This document shows, one piece after another, positions 8,718 to 16,995 of a DNA stretch of 32,000 bases. Position 1 is the first letter of the stretch; each line of letters begins with the position of its first letter. Made by a program: the position numbers and the translations under genes. The stretch spans positions 450,001 to 482,000 of the forward strand of contig NC_012803.1 in NCBI RefSeq assembly GCF_000023205.1, read 5' to 3'. The notes beneath the pieces are model-generated. The model did no database searches and was not told the origin of the DNA. It was given only the letters and a program-made list of their open reading frames with translations. This stretch comes from Micrococcus luteus NCTC 2665 (GTDB lineage: Bacteria > Actinomycetota > Actinomycetes > Actinomycetales > Micrococcaceae).

Positions 8718-9410
8718 ATGGTGATAGGGGCCCACGCGCGCGACGCCGTCCTGGTGGAGCTGGGGTCGTCCGCCGGGAAGGAGACTCAGGACGTCGACGT
8801 CGTCGTCGAACTTCCCCACGGGGTCTCATATCAGGAGGTGGTCAGGGCCCTCGGGCCCCCGGTCAACGACAAGGGGTTCACCTTCGAGATCGAGGGAGTC
8901 CCGGTCGATGTGCTACCGAGGATCGAACGACTCGACGAGGCCGCCACGTTCTCGCCGGGTCGGGGCATCGTGCTCGACGTCCGCGGGCAGTCCGAGGCGT
9001 ATCAGTCGGCGCGCCGGGTCGAGATCGAGCCAGGACTCTGCGTGCGGCTGCCGACGGTGGAGGGCCTGCTGCTCCTCAAGATCATCGTGTGGAACATCCG
9101 ACAGACGCAGACCGTGAAGGATGCTCGAGACCTGAGCATGCTCTTGGCCGCCATCGCGGGGGCGCGCCTCCGAGACGAGGAGGTCTGGGATGCCTCCCTC
9201 CTGGCGCAGACCGACCACGACGCGGAGGCCGCGGCATGGCTGCTCACCGGCGAGCAGGCCCGCTCTGACGCTCCCGAGGCCTCGGCCGTGTGCGCTGAGA
9301 TCATCGCGACGTCGGGCAGTGCTCTTCTTCGGGACATGGGCCTGACCGACACCTTCGGGATGTACGCACTCAGACTCGCGGCGCTCCGGCGCGGTCTCAT
9401 GGGATCCTGA
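8718..9410 (+). CDS. Minimal nucleotidyltransferase-fold protein, AbiEii/MenT-like candidate toxin
   Basis: 230 aa. MVIGAHARDAVLVELGSSAGKETQDVDVVVELP fits the G[SA]-x(n)-D-x-D polymerase-beta-type NTase signature, here at the extreme N-terminus. The later LLLLKIIVWNIRQTQTVKDARDLSMLL fits the K..A...R....D..DL pattern I recall for DUF1814/AbiEii. No SD precedes the ATG. The gene shares its reading frame with the upstream gene. Confidence 0.5.
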   Translation: MVIGAHARDAVLVELGSSAGKETQDVDVVVELPHGVSYQEVVRALGPPVNDKGFTFEIEGVPVDVLPRIERLDEAATFSPGRGIVLDVRGQSEAYQSARRVEIEPGLCVRLPTVEGLLLLKIIVWNIRQTQTVKDARDLSMLLAAIAGARLRDEEVWDASLLAQTDHDAEAAAWLLTGEQARSDAPEASAVCAEIIATSGSALLRDMGLTDTFGMYALRLAALRRGLMGS

Positions 9411-9413
9411 CGG

Positions 9414-9487
9414 TGCCCCAGGCCGGAATCGAACCGACGGCCTACCCTTTAGGAGAGGGTCGCTCTATCCAACTGAGCTACTGGGGC
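9414..9487 (-). tRNA. tRNA-Arg (anticodon CCT)
   Basis: Manual cloverleaf on the minus strand. Acceptor GCCCCAG/CTGGGGC, D-arm GCTC-AGTTGGATA-GAGC, anticodon arm ACCCT-CTCCTAA-AGGGT (anticodon CCT), variable loop AGGCC, T-arm GTCGG-TTCGATT-CCGGC, discriminator A. Total 74 nt. CCA is not fully encoded (the genome reads CCG). Confidence 0.9.
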
Positions 9488-9539
9488 GCGGACCGCGCGC
9501 CGAGCGCGCCGGTCCGGTGAGCGAGTCTAGCCGAGGCGT

Positions 9540-10208
9540 TCAGGCCCGCGGCGCGGCAGGACGACGACGGCGCCGCCCGGCCCACAGCATCACGGCCACC
9601 GCCAGCGCGATCAGCGCCAGCAGCACCCAGCGGGTGAACGTCAGCGCGGCGGCCAGCTCGGCGCCCGCACCGCCGGCGGCGATGGCCTGCTCGATGGCGA
9701 TGTTCTCCGCGATGTCCACCACGGCGAACAGGACGCCCACGCCGAGGGCCGCCCACTTGGCGGCCACGGGCCGCAGCCGCCAGGCGCCCACGGCGGCGAG
9801 GGTGAGGGCCACGGCCACCGGGAAGATCACGCCGGCCGTCTTGTGCACCCAGTTGAGCTGGCCGCGCGCGTCCTCGTCCATGGCCTCGGAGAGCGCGCGG
9901 ACGTGGTCCTGACCGTAGAAGAGCATCGAGTCCGGCATGGCCAGGCCGCCCGAGAGCTGGGTCATCTGCTGGAGGACCAGCAGGTGCAGGTACGCGCCCA
10001 CGAGCAGGGTGGTCACGATCAGCGCGCTCACCGGGATCGCCGGGCTGCCCTCCTGCTGACCGGCGGTCGCCAGGTCCTCGCGGACGTTCACGTCCCGCAG
10101 GGTGGGACGGGCGCGCTCCGCGCCGGCCTCCGGGCGGGCGGCGGACGAGCCGGCGCGCGCGGCGGGCTGCGACGCGCGGGGACGGGACTTGCGGGACTTC
10201 TGGGACAC
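9540..10208 (-). CDS. Hypothetical integral membrane protein with a basic, disordered N-terminus
   Basis: 222-aa ORF with a GTG start. MSQKSRKSRPRASQ... is followed by about 4 hydrophobic helices (PVSALIVTTLLVGAYLHLLVL, GVIFPVAVALTLAAVGAW, WAALGVGVLFAVVDIA, WVLLALIALAVAVMLWA). No family was recognised. Confidence 0.6.
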   Translation of the reverse strand: MSQKSRKSRPRASQPAARAGSSAARPEAGAERARPTLRDVNVREDLATAGQQEGSPAIPVSALIVTTLLVGAYLHLLVLQQMTQLSGGLAMPDSMLFYGQDHVRALSEAMDEDARGQLNWVHKTAGVIFPVAVALTLAAVGAWRLRPVAAKWAALGVGVLFAVVDIAENIAIEQAIAAGGAGAELAAALTFTRWVLLALIALAVAVMLWAGRRRRRPAAPRA

Positions 10209-10331
10209 GGGGCACCTCCGCCGACCATCATCCCAGACGGCGTGGATGGCTCAGTCCGCGCGCCGGCAGCGGGCCGTCGTCGTGCCCCCGCCCGCTGTCC
10301 CGTCCGGGACCCCGCCTAGACTGGATCCGCC

Positions 10332-12908
10332 ATGGCTGACCTCTTCTCCGCGCTCGGACGCTCGCCCCTGAACCCCTCCCGGACCCGCCGCGACGCGGAC
10401 CCGGAGACCGCCCTGCCCGGGCTCGTGCCCCCGGCCGTCACCCGCGCCGCGGCGGACCCGGAGGCGGGCGCGCGGGGGTGGGGCGACGACGCCGCCGGGG
10501 CCGCCGTGGCCCACACCCCGGACTCCCTGGTCGAGGGGCTGAACCCGCAGCAGTCGGCCGCCGTGACCCACACGGGCGCCCCGCTGCTGATCGTGGCCGG
10601 CGCCGGCTCGGGCAAGACGCGCGTGCTGACCCACCGGATCGCCTGGCTGCTGGCCACGGGCCGGGCGCGCCCGCACGAGATCCTCGCCATCACCTTCACG
10701 AACAAGGCGGCGGCGGAGATGCGCGAGCGCGTGGCCGGGCTGATCGGCCCCACCGCCCAGCGCATGTGGATCTCCACGTTCCACTCCTCGGCCGTGCGCC
10801 TGCTGCGCAACGAGGCGGCGAACATCGGGCTGAAGTCCACGTTCACCATCTACGACTCGGCGGACAGCCTGCGCCTGGTCACCACCGTCGCCAAGCAGCA
10901 CGAGCTGGACCCGAAGCGCTTCGCGCCCAAGGCCCTGCTGAACCGCATCAGCTCCCTGAAGAACGAGCTCGTGGAGGCGGACGACTACGCCGCCACCGTG
11001 GCCGAGGGGGACCCGTGGGGCCGCGCCGTCGCCGCCGTCTACCGGGACTACACGGCCCGCCTGCGCCAGGCCAACGCCCTGGACTTCGACGACCTGATCG
11101 GCATGACGGTCCACATGTTCGAGGCGTTCCCGCGCGTGCTGGACAACTACCGCCGCCGGTTCCGCCACGTCCTCGTGGACGAGTACCAGGACACCAACCA
11201 CGCCCAGTACCGCCTGATCCGGCTCCTCGCCGGCCCGGCGGGCGACCCCGAGGGCGTGGAGACCCCCGGCGGCGAGCTGACCGTCGTCGGCGACTCGGAC
11301 CAGTCCATCTACGCGTTCCGCGGCGCGGACATCCGCAACATCGTCGAGTTCGAGCAGGACTTCACGGACGCCGTCACCATCAAGCTCGAGCAGAACTACC
11401 GCTCCACGCAGACCATCCTGGACGCCGCCAACGCGGTGATCGAGCGCAACCCGGACCGCCGCCCCAAGCGCCTGTGGACGGCCGAGGGGGAGGGCCCGGC
11501 GATCGTCGGCTACGCCGCGGAGAACGAGTCCGCCGAGGCCGAGTGGATCGCCGCCACCATCGACCGGCTGCAGGACGAGGACGGGATCCGCCCGTCCGAC
11601 GTCGCCGTGTTCTACCGGACCAACGCGCAGTCCCGCGCCCTCGAGGAGCGCCTCGTCACCCGCGGGATCCCGTACCGCGTGATCGGCGGCACCCGGTTCT
11701 ACGACCGCAAGGAGATCAAGGACGCGCTCGCGTACCTGCGGGTGATCGTGAACCCGGACGACGACGTGAACGTGCGCCGCATCCTCAACGAGCCCAAGCG
11801 CGGCATCGGGGACCGGGCCGAGGGCGCGGTGGCGGCGTGGGCGCAGCGGAACCGCTCCACGTTCTCCGCCGCCCTGCGCGACGCGGAGCACGCCCCCGGC
11901 TTGGCCGCCCGCTCGCTCAAGGCCGTCAACGGGTTCGTGCAGATGATGGACGACCTGGCCCAGGTGGCCGAGACCGCCGGCCCCGCCACCGTGCTCGAGG
12001 CCGTGCTGGAGCAGTCCGGCATGCTCGCCGCGCTGCGCGAGTCCGAGGACCTGCAGGACGAGTCCCGCGCGGACAACCTCGGCGAGCTCGTGGCCGTGGT
12101 GCGCTCCTTCGAGAAGACCACGCCGGACGGCACGCTCTCGGACTTCCTGGAGCAGGTCGCGCTGGTGGCGGACGCGGACCAGCTGCCCACCGCCCCGGAC
12201 GTCGAGGGCGAGGCGCTCGCGGAGGCCCAGGGCCAGGTCACGCTCATGACGCTGCACACCGCCAAGGGCCTGGAGTTCCCCGTGGTGTTCCTCACGGGCA
12301 TGGAGCACGGTGTGTTCCCGCACGCCCGGTCCATGACGGACGAGAAGGAGCTCGCCGAGGAGCGCCGCCTGGCGTACGTGGGGCTGACCCGCGCCCGCCG
12401 TCGCCTGTTCCTCACGCGCGCCGAGGCGCGCTCGCTGTGGGGCCAGCACCAGTTCAACCCGCCCAGCCAGTTCCTCGGCGAGATCCCGGAGGCGCTCATC
12501 GACTGGGAGCGCGAGGGCACCACGCGCTCGGCCGGCTCGCTGAGCCTCACCGGCGCCGGCACCTCGCGGTACGCGGGCCGGTTCGGCGGCGGGCGACCGG
12601 CCTGGCGGTCCCGGGACGACGACGACGGCGCGCGGCCCCAGCGCCTCACCCGCGGGGACGAGCCGGCGGACCTGACGGTGCCCTCCGCCGTGGTGCGGGG
12701 GAAGGCGCCGAGCCGGGTGCAGCCGCAGAAGGAGATCGTGGCGCTCAGCCCGGGCGACCGCGTCTCCCACGCGACCTTCGGCGAGGGGCGCGTGGACGCC
12801 GTCGCGGGCGCCGGGGACAAGACCGTCGCGACCGTCACCTTCGACGCCACCGGGGCGCAGAAGCGGCTGCTGCTGCGCTACGCGCCGCTGACGAAGGTCG
12901 AGGGCTGA
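10332..12908 (+). CDS. pcrA: ATP-dependent DNA helicase PcrA/UvrD (SF1A) with a long disordered N-terminal extension and a C-terminal Tudor-like tail
   Basis: LNPQQSAAVTHTGAPLLIVAGAGSGKTRVLTHRIAWLL (Q motif plus Walker A), VLVDEYQDTNHAQY (motif II), GDSDQSIYAFRGA, LEQNYRST and TLHTAKGLEFPVVFL...RRLAYVGLTRAR. It is syntenic with sucCD, as UvrD1 is in mycobacteria. Confidence 0.92.
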   Translation: MADLFSALGRSPLNPSRTRRDADPETALPGLVPPAVTRAAADPEAGARGWGDDAAGAAVAHTPDSLVEGLNPQQSAAVTHTGAPLLIVAGAGSGKTRVLTHRIAWLLATGRARPHEILAITFTNKAAAEMRERVAGLIGPTAQRMWISTFHSSAVRLLRNEAANIGLKSTFTIYDSADSLRLVTTVAKQHELDPKRFAPKALLNRISSLKNELVEADDYAATVAEGDPWGRAVAAVYRDYTARLRQANALDFDDLIGMTVHMFEAFPRVLDNYRRRFRHVLVDEYQDTNHAQYRLIRLLAGPAGDPEGVETPGGELTVVGDSDQSIYAFRGADIRNIVEFEQDFTDAVTIKLEQNYRSTQTILDAANAVIERNPDRRPKRLWTAEGEGPAIVGYAAENESAEAEWIAATIDRLQDEDGIRPSDVAVFYRTNAQSRALEERLVTRGIPYRVIGGTRFYDRKEIKDALAYLRVIVNPDDDVNVRRILNEPKRGIGDRAEGAVAAWAQRNRSTFSAALRDAEHAPGLAARSLKAVNGFVQMMDDLAQVAETAGPATVLEAVLEQSGMLAALRESEDLQDESRADNLGELVAVVRSFEKTTPDGTLSDFLEQVALVADADQLPTAPDVEGEALAEAQGQVTLMTLHTAKGLEFPVVFLTGMEHGVFPHARSMTDEKELAEERRLAYVGLTRARRRLFLTRAEARSLWGQHQFNPPSQFLGEIPEALIDWEREGTTRSAGSLSLTGAGTSRYAGRFGGGRPAWRSRDDDDGARPQRLTRGDEPADLTVPSAVVRGKAPSRVQPQKEIVALSPGDRVSHATFGEGRVDAVAGAGDKTVATVTFDATGAQKRLLLRYAPLTKVEG

Positions 12909-13093
12909 CAGGACCGGCCTGCCGACCCCCCCGGTCTCTCCGGGGTGTGGACTAGAGTGAGCCGTGGAACGCCGCCGTCCGCCGCCCTGCTGTGCCTCCG
13001 TGCCCGGCCTGGCCACGGAGGGGGCGTCGACGTCGGCCGTGCCCGCGGGCGAGGCCGGCAGACCCTGTCTTCGACCAAGAAGGACACACCACC

Positions 13094-14263
13094 GTGGACC
13101 TGTATGAGTACCAGGCGCGCGATCTGTTCGAGGCGCACGGCGTCCCCGTGCTGGCCGGCATCGTTGCGCAGACCCCGGACGAGGCCAAGGCGGCCGCGGA
13201 GAAGATCGGCGGCGTCACCGTCGTCAAGGCGCAGGTGAAGGTCGGCGGCCGTGGCAAGGCCGGCGGCGTGAAGGTCGCCAAGACGGCCGACGAGGCCTAC
13301 GAGCACGCCAAGGCCATCCTGGGGATGGACATCAAGGGCCACACCGTGCACCAGGTCATGATCGCCCAGGGCGCCGACATCGCCGAGGAGTACTACTTCT
13401 CCGTGCTGCTGGACCGCGCCAACCGCACCTACCTGGCCATGTGCTCGGTCGAGGGCGGCATGGAGATCGAGCAGCTCGCCGAGGAGCGCCCCGAGGCCCT
13501 CGCCAAGGTGCCCGTCTCCGCGCTGACCGGCATCGACGCCGAGACCGCCCAGAAGATCGTCGCCGAGGCGGGCTTCCCCGAGGAGCTGCGCGCCGACGTC
13601 GCCGAGGTCATCCAGAAGCTCTGGGAGGTCTTCGAGAAGGAGGACGCCACCCTCGTCGAGGTGAACCCCCTGGTGAAGACCGGCGACGGCAAGATCCTCG
13701 CCCTGGACGGCAAGGTCTCCCTCGACGACAACGCGGAGTTCCGCCAGGAGGGCCACGCCGCCCTCGTCGACGAGCGCACCGAGGACCCGCTGGAGGCCAA
13801 GGCCAAGGCCAACGACCTCAACTACGTGAAGCTGGACGGCCAGGTCGGCGTGATCGGCAACGGCGCCGGCCTCGTGATGTCCACCCTCGACGTCGTCGCG
13901 TACGCCGGCGAGAAGCACGGCGGCGTGAAGCCCGCCAACTTCCTGGACATCGGCGGCGGCGCCAACGCCGAGGTCATGGCCAACGGCCTCGACGTCATCC
14001 TGGGCGACGAGCAGGTCAAGTCCGTGTTCGTGAACGTCTTCGGCGGCATCACCGCGTGCGACGCCGTCGCGAACGGCATCGTCAAGGCCCTCGAGATCCT
14101 GGGCGACGCCGCCACCAAGCCGCTGGTCGTGCGTCTGGACGGCAACGCCGTGGAGGAGGGCCGCCGCATCCTGCAGGAGGCGAACCACCCGCTCGTCACC
14201 CTGGCCGCCACCATGGACGAGGGCGCCGACAAGGCCGCCGAGCTCGCCCACACCGCGAACTGA
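13094..14263 (+). CDS. sucC: Succinyl-CoA ligase (ADP-forming) beta subunit
   Basis: GTG at 13094 gives [22 protein letters not shown]...[20 protein letters not shown]...NPLV...[11 protein letters not shown]...[24 protein letters not shown]...GGGA...[13 protein letters not shown]. Confidence 0.95.
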   Translation: MDLYEYQARDLFEAHGVPVLAGIVAQTPDEAKAAAEKIGGVTVVKAQVKVGGRGKAGGVKVAKTADEAYEHAKAILGMDIKGHTVHQVMIAQGADIAEEYYFSVLLDRANRTYLAMCSVEGGMEIEQLAEERPEALAKVPVSALTGIDAETAQKIVAEAGFPEELRADVAEVIQKLWEVFEKEDATLVEVNPLVKTGDGKILALDGKVSLDDNAEFRQEGHAALVDERTEDPLEAKAKANDLNYVKLDGQVGVIGNGAGLVMSTLDVVAYAGEKHGGVKPANFLDIGGGANAEVMANGLDVILGDEQVKSVFVNVFGGITACDAVANGIVKALEILGDAATKPLVVRLDGNAVEEGRRILQEANHPLVTLAATMDEGADKAAELAHTAN

Positions 14264-14290
14264 CCGTTCGGAAAGACTGAGGAAACAGCT

Positions 14291-15211
14291 ATGTCGATCT
14301 ACCTGAACAAGGACTCCAAGGTCATCGTCCAGGGCATCACCGGCGGTGAGGGCACCAAGCACACCCGCCTCATGCTCAAGGCCGGCACGAACATCGTGGG
14401 CGGCGTGAACGCCCGCAAGGCCGGCACCACCGTGTCCCATGAGGACAAGGACGGCAACGCCGTCGAGCTGCCCGTCTTCGGCACCGTCAAGGAGGCCATG
14501 GAGAAGACCGGTGCGGACGTGTCCGTGGCCTTCGTGCCGCCGGCCTTCGCCAAGGACGCCGCCATCGAGGCCATCGAGGCCGAGATCCCGCTGCTCGTGG
14601 TCATCACCGAGGGCATCCCGGTGCAGGACACCGCCAAGTTCTTCGCCCTGTCCCAGTCCAAGACCGGCGAGGACGGCAAGCCGAAGACCCGCATCATCGG
14701 CCCGAACTGCCCCGGCGTCATCACCCCGGGCGAGGCCCTGGCGGGCATCACCCCGGCCACCATCACCGGCTCCGGCCCCATCGGCCTGGTCTCCAAGTCC
14801 GGCACGCTGACCTACCAGATGATGTACGAGCTGCGTGACTTCGGCTTCTCCACCGCCATCGGCATCGGCGGCGACCCGATCATCGGCACCACCCACATCG
14901 ACGCCCTCGAGGCGTTCGAGGCCGACCCGGACACCCAGGCCATCGTGATGATCGGTGAGATCGGCGGCGACGCCGAGGAGCGTGCGGCCGAGTTCATCAA
15001 GGCCAACGTCACCAAGCCGGTCGTCGGCTACGTGGCCGGCTTCACCGCCCCAGAGGGCAAGACCATGGGCCACGCCGGCGCCATCGTCTCGGGCTCCGCG
15101 GGCACCGCGCAGGCCAAGAAGGAGGCCCTTGAGGCCGCGGGCGTGAAGGTCGGCAAGACCCCGTCCGAGACCGCCCAGCTGATGCGGGAGATCCTGCAGG
15201 CCCAGGCCTGA
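14291..15211 (+). CDS. sucD: Succinyl-CoA ligase alpha subunit
   Basis: [25 protein letters not shown]...[13 protein letters not shown]...SKSGTLTYQ...GIGGDP...GEIGG...[27 protein letters not shown] (phosphohistidine loop). The RBS GAGGAA lies upstream. Confidence 0.95.
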   Translation: MSIYLNKDSKVIVQGITGGEGTKHTRLMLKAGTNIVGGVNARKAGTTVSHEDKDGNAVELPVFGTVKEAMEKTGADVSVAFVPPAFAKDAAIEAIEAEIPLLVVITEGIPVQDTAKFFALSQSKTGEDGKPKTRIIGPNCPGVITPGEALAGITPATITGSGPIGLVSKSGTLTYQMMYELRDFGFSTAIGIGGDPIIGTTHIDALEAFEADPDTQAIVMIGEIGGDAEERAAEFIKANVTKPVVGYVAGFTAPEGKTMGHAGAIVSGSAGTAQAKKEALEAAGVKVGKTPSETAQLMREILQAQA

Positions 15212-15265
15212 TCCCGCGGTGCGGGGCGCCGATGCCGGTGCTCCGCACCGGCAGGCGGAGGCACC

Positions 15266-15302
15266 GCGGCCCCTGTCCCTCGTCGTGAGGGGCAGGGGCC
15301 GC
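15266..15302. terminator. 16-bp stem-loop between convergent sucD and the VIT1-family gene (candidate bidirectional terminator)
   Basis: GCGGCCCCTGTCCCTC (15266-15281), loop GTCGT, GAGGGGCAGGGGCCGC (15287-15302). There is one T:G wobble position. No U-tract is present. Confidence 0.6.
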
Positions 15303-15337
15303 GTGCCGTGCGGGGCAGAGCAGGCGGCGGACGTCGC

Positions 15338-16468
15338 TCAGCCCACGTTCGCCCCGAAGAGCAGGCCGAGCACGTACGTCACGGCGGCGGCGCCGTAGCC
15401 GATCGCGAGCTGGCGCAGGCCCCGGGCCAGCGGTGAGGAGCCGGACAGCAGCCCGACCACGCCGCCGGTGAACAGCAGGGCCGCGCCCACCATCGCCGCC
15501 GCCAGGCCCAGGGCCCACGGCCCGGACATGCCGAAGATGTACGGCAGGATCGGGATGAGCGCGCCGGAGGCGAAGAACGCGAAGCTGGACAGGGACGCGC
15601 TCCACGCCGAGCCGATCTCCGCGAAGGAGTCCGAGTGGTCCACGGGCCCCTGGGAGCCGTCGGGGCGGGCGGAGAACTTCGGGTTGCAGTCGCACGTGAG
15701 ATAGCCGAGGCGCTCGAGCGCGCGGTGCTCGGCGTCCTCGGGCGTCATGCCGCGGGCCAGGTAGACGAGCGTGAGCTCGTTGTGGTCCAGGTCGAGGTGC
15801 TGGGCCGCCTCGAGGGTGATCTGGGTGGGGGAGGAGGCCTCGAGCAGCTCCCGCTGGGACCGCACCGAGACGTACTCGCCGGCCGCCATGGACAGCGCGC
15901 CCGCCAGCAGGCCGGCCACGCCCGTGAACAGCACGACGGACGGCGCCACGCCCGTCGCGCCGATGCCCATCACGAGCGCCAGGTTGGAGACCAGCCCGTC
16001 GTTCATGCCGAAGACCGCGGCGCGGAAGTTGCCGGCCAGCTGCTCGCGACCCCGGGCGGCGAGGCCGCGCACGACCTCCTCGTGGATGGCCTCATCCGCC
16101 ACCATGCCCTCGGGGGCGTCCTGGTCCTCCGCGTAGGGAGTGTCCGACTCGGCGCGCTGGGCCAGGGCCAGCACGAACACGGAGCCGAAGATCCGCGCGA
16201 GCCAGCGCAGCAGGATGCGGTGTAGGGAGGGGCGCGGCGGGTTCTCGGCGTGCCCACCCAGGAGGGCCCGCCAGTGCTGTTCGTGGCGGCGCTCGGCCTC
16301 GGCGAGGCCGAGCAGGATGTCGCGCTCCACGCCGTCCTTGCGGGCGGCGATGTCGCGGTAGATCTGACCCTCGGCGATCTCGTCGGCGAGGTAGCGGCGC
16401 CAGCGTCGGACCTGTTCGCGGGTCGGCTCGGGGCGTGCCGCAGGAGTGGCGGTGTGGGCGGGGCTCAT
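15338..16468 (-). CDS. Ferritin-like (erythrin) domain fused to a VIT1/CCC1 iron/manganese transporter domain (MbfA-like)
   Basis: The N-terminal domain has paired E..H motifs (LAEAERRHEQHW and ADEAIHEEV). The C-terminal domain has VIT1 signatures AAVFGMNDGLVSNLALVMG, SMAAGEYVSVRSQRE and terminal TM helices. Confidence 0.8.
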   Translation of the reverse strand: MSPAHTATPAARPEPTREQVRRWRRYLADEIAEGQIYRDIAARKDGVERDILLGLAEAERRHEQHWRALLGGHAENPPRPSLHRILLRWLARIFGSVFVLALAQRAESDTPYAEDQDAPEGMVADEAIHEEVVRGLAARGREQLAGNFRAAVFGMNDGLVSNLALVMGIGATGVAPSVVLFTGVAGLLAGALSMAAGEYVSVRSQRELLEASSPTQITLEAAQHLDLDHNELTLVYLARGMTPEDAEHRALERLGYLTCDCNPKFSARPDGSQGPVDHSDSFAEIGSAWSASLSSFAFFASGALIPILPYIFGMSGPWALGLAAAMVGAALLFTGGVVGLLSGSSPLARGLRQLAIGYGAAAVTYVLGLLFGANVG

Positions 16469-16571
16469 GGGGCTCCATCGGATGGGCGGGCGGAGACGGG
16501 CGGCGCCGTCGCGGACCGCGTCGGCCGGGCGCGCTCGACCGGCCAGTCTACGCCGCCGTTACCATGGCCGC

Positions 16572-16991
16572 ATGGACGCAGCGGAGACCCCCGAAGGCCC
16601 CGAGGCCACCGCGCACGACGGCGGCCGGCCGGCCTGGCAGCACCGCCTCCTGGCGGGCGGGGTGGAGCCGGACCCCCGGTTCACGCTCGCCAACGAGCGC
16701 ACGTTCCTGGCCTGGGTCCGGACGGCGCTGGCGCTGCTGGCCGGCGGGGTCGCGGTGGAGGCGTTCACCGGCGACCTCTTCGCGCCGCCGGTCCGGGTGG
16801 TGCTGAGCACGGTGCTGCTCGTCCTGGCGGCGCTGCTCGCCCTGGGCGCGGGTGCGCGCTGGCTCCGGGTGGAGCGGGCGATGCGCCGCGGCCGTCCGCT
16901 GCCGCTGCCGCTGATCGTCCCGGTCCTGGCGGGGGGCGTCGTGCTGGCCGTCGTGGTGCTGATGCTCGCCGTCGTCCTGCCGCGGGGCTGA
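16572..16991 (+). CDS. DUF202 (YidH-like) membrane protein
   Basis: Internal ATG at 16572 (MDAAETPEGPE...). The signature is DPRFTLANERTFLAWVRTALALLAGGVAV, followed by two further TM helices. Confidence 0.7.
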   Translation: MDAAETPEGPEATAHDGGRPAWQHRLLAGGVEPDPRFTLANERTFLAWVRTALALLAGGVAVEAFTGDLFAPPVRVVLSTVLLVLAALLALGAGARWLRVERAMRRGRPLPLPLIVPVLAGGVVLAVVVLMLAVVLPRG

Positions 16992-16995
16992 GGCG

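Noticed and set aside
8479-8718. ORF 8479..8718 (+) as a frameshifted N-terminal extension of the nucleotidyltransferase
   Set aside because: Its translation (MPRWSRLRSCCDSGSGTRPPCDSDHWRL...) is Cys/Trp/Arg-rich and not protein-like. It lies inside gene 1 in a different frame. The in-frame TGA-separated reading (see findings) explains the data better.
7549-9490. Direct repeat of the tRNA-Arg 3-prime end (att-like duplication) or an integrase marking a classical integrated island
   Set aside because: I looked for copies of TGCCCCAGGCCGGAATCGAACC or its complement in 7549-7640 and around 8658-8717 and found none. No integrase or recombinase ORF is present. The region is therefore reported as compositionally deviant, not as a demonstrable mobile element.
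9490-9515. Bulged hairpin GGACCGCGCGC...GCGCGCCGGTCC between the membrane-protein stop and the tRNA 5-prime end, considered as a terminator
   Set aside because: It lies only 3 nt from the tRNA 5-prime end, which would leave no room for a separate tRNA promoter. It could equally be part of a processing site in a co-transcript. The evidence is too ambiguous to call.
10251-15073. Long minus-strand ORFs 10251..13016 (921 aa) and 12878..15073 (731 aa), antisense to pcrA and sucCD
   Set aside because: Their translations are monotonous (G/R/A/V/D/L-rich, for example LGDL..GG..) with no motifs. They are exact antisense shadows of genes with unambiguous helicase and succinyl-CoA ligase signatures. 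Stop-poor antisense frames are typical of high-GC DNA.
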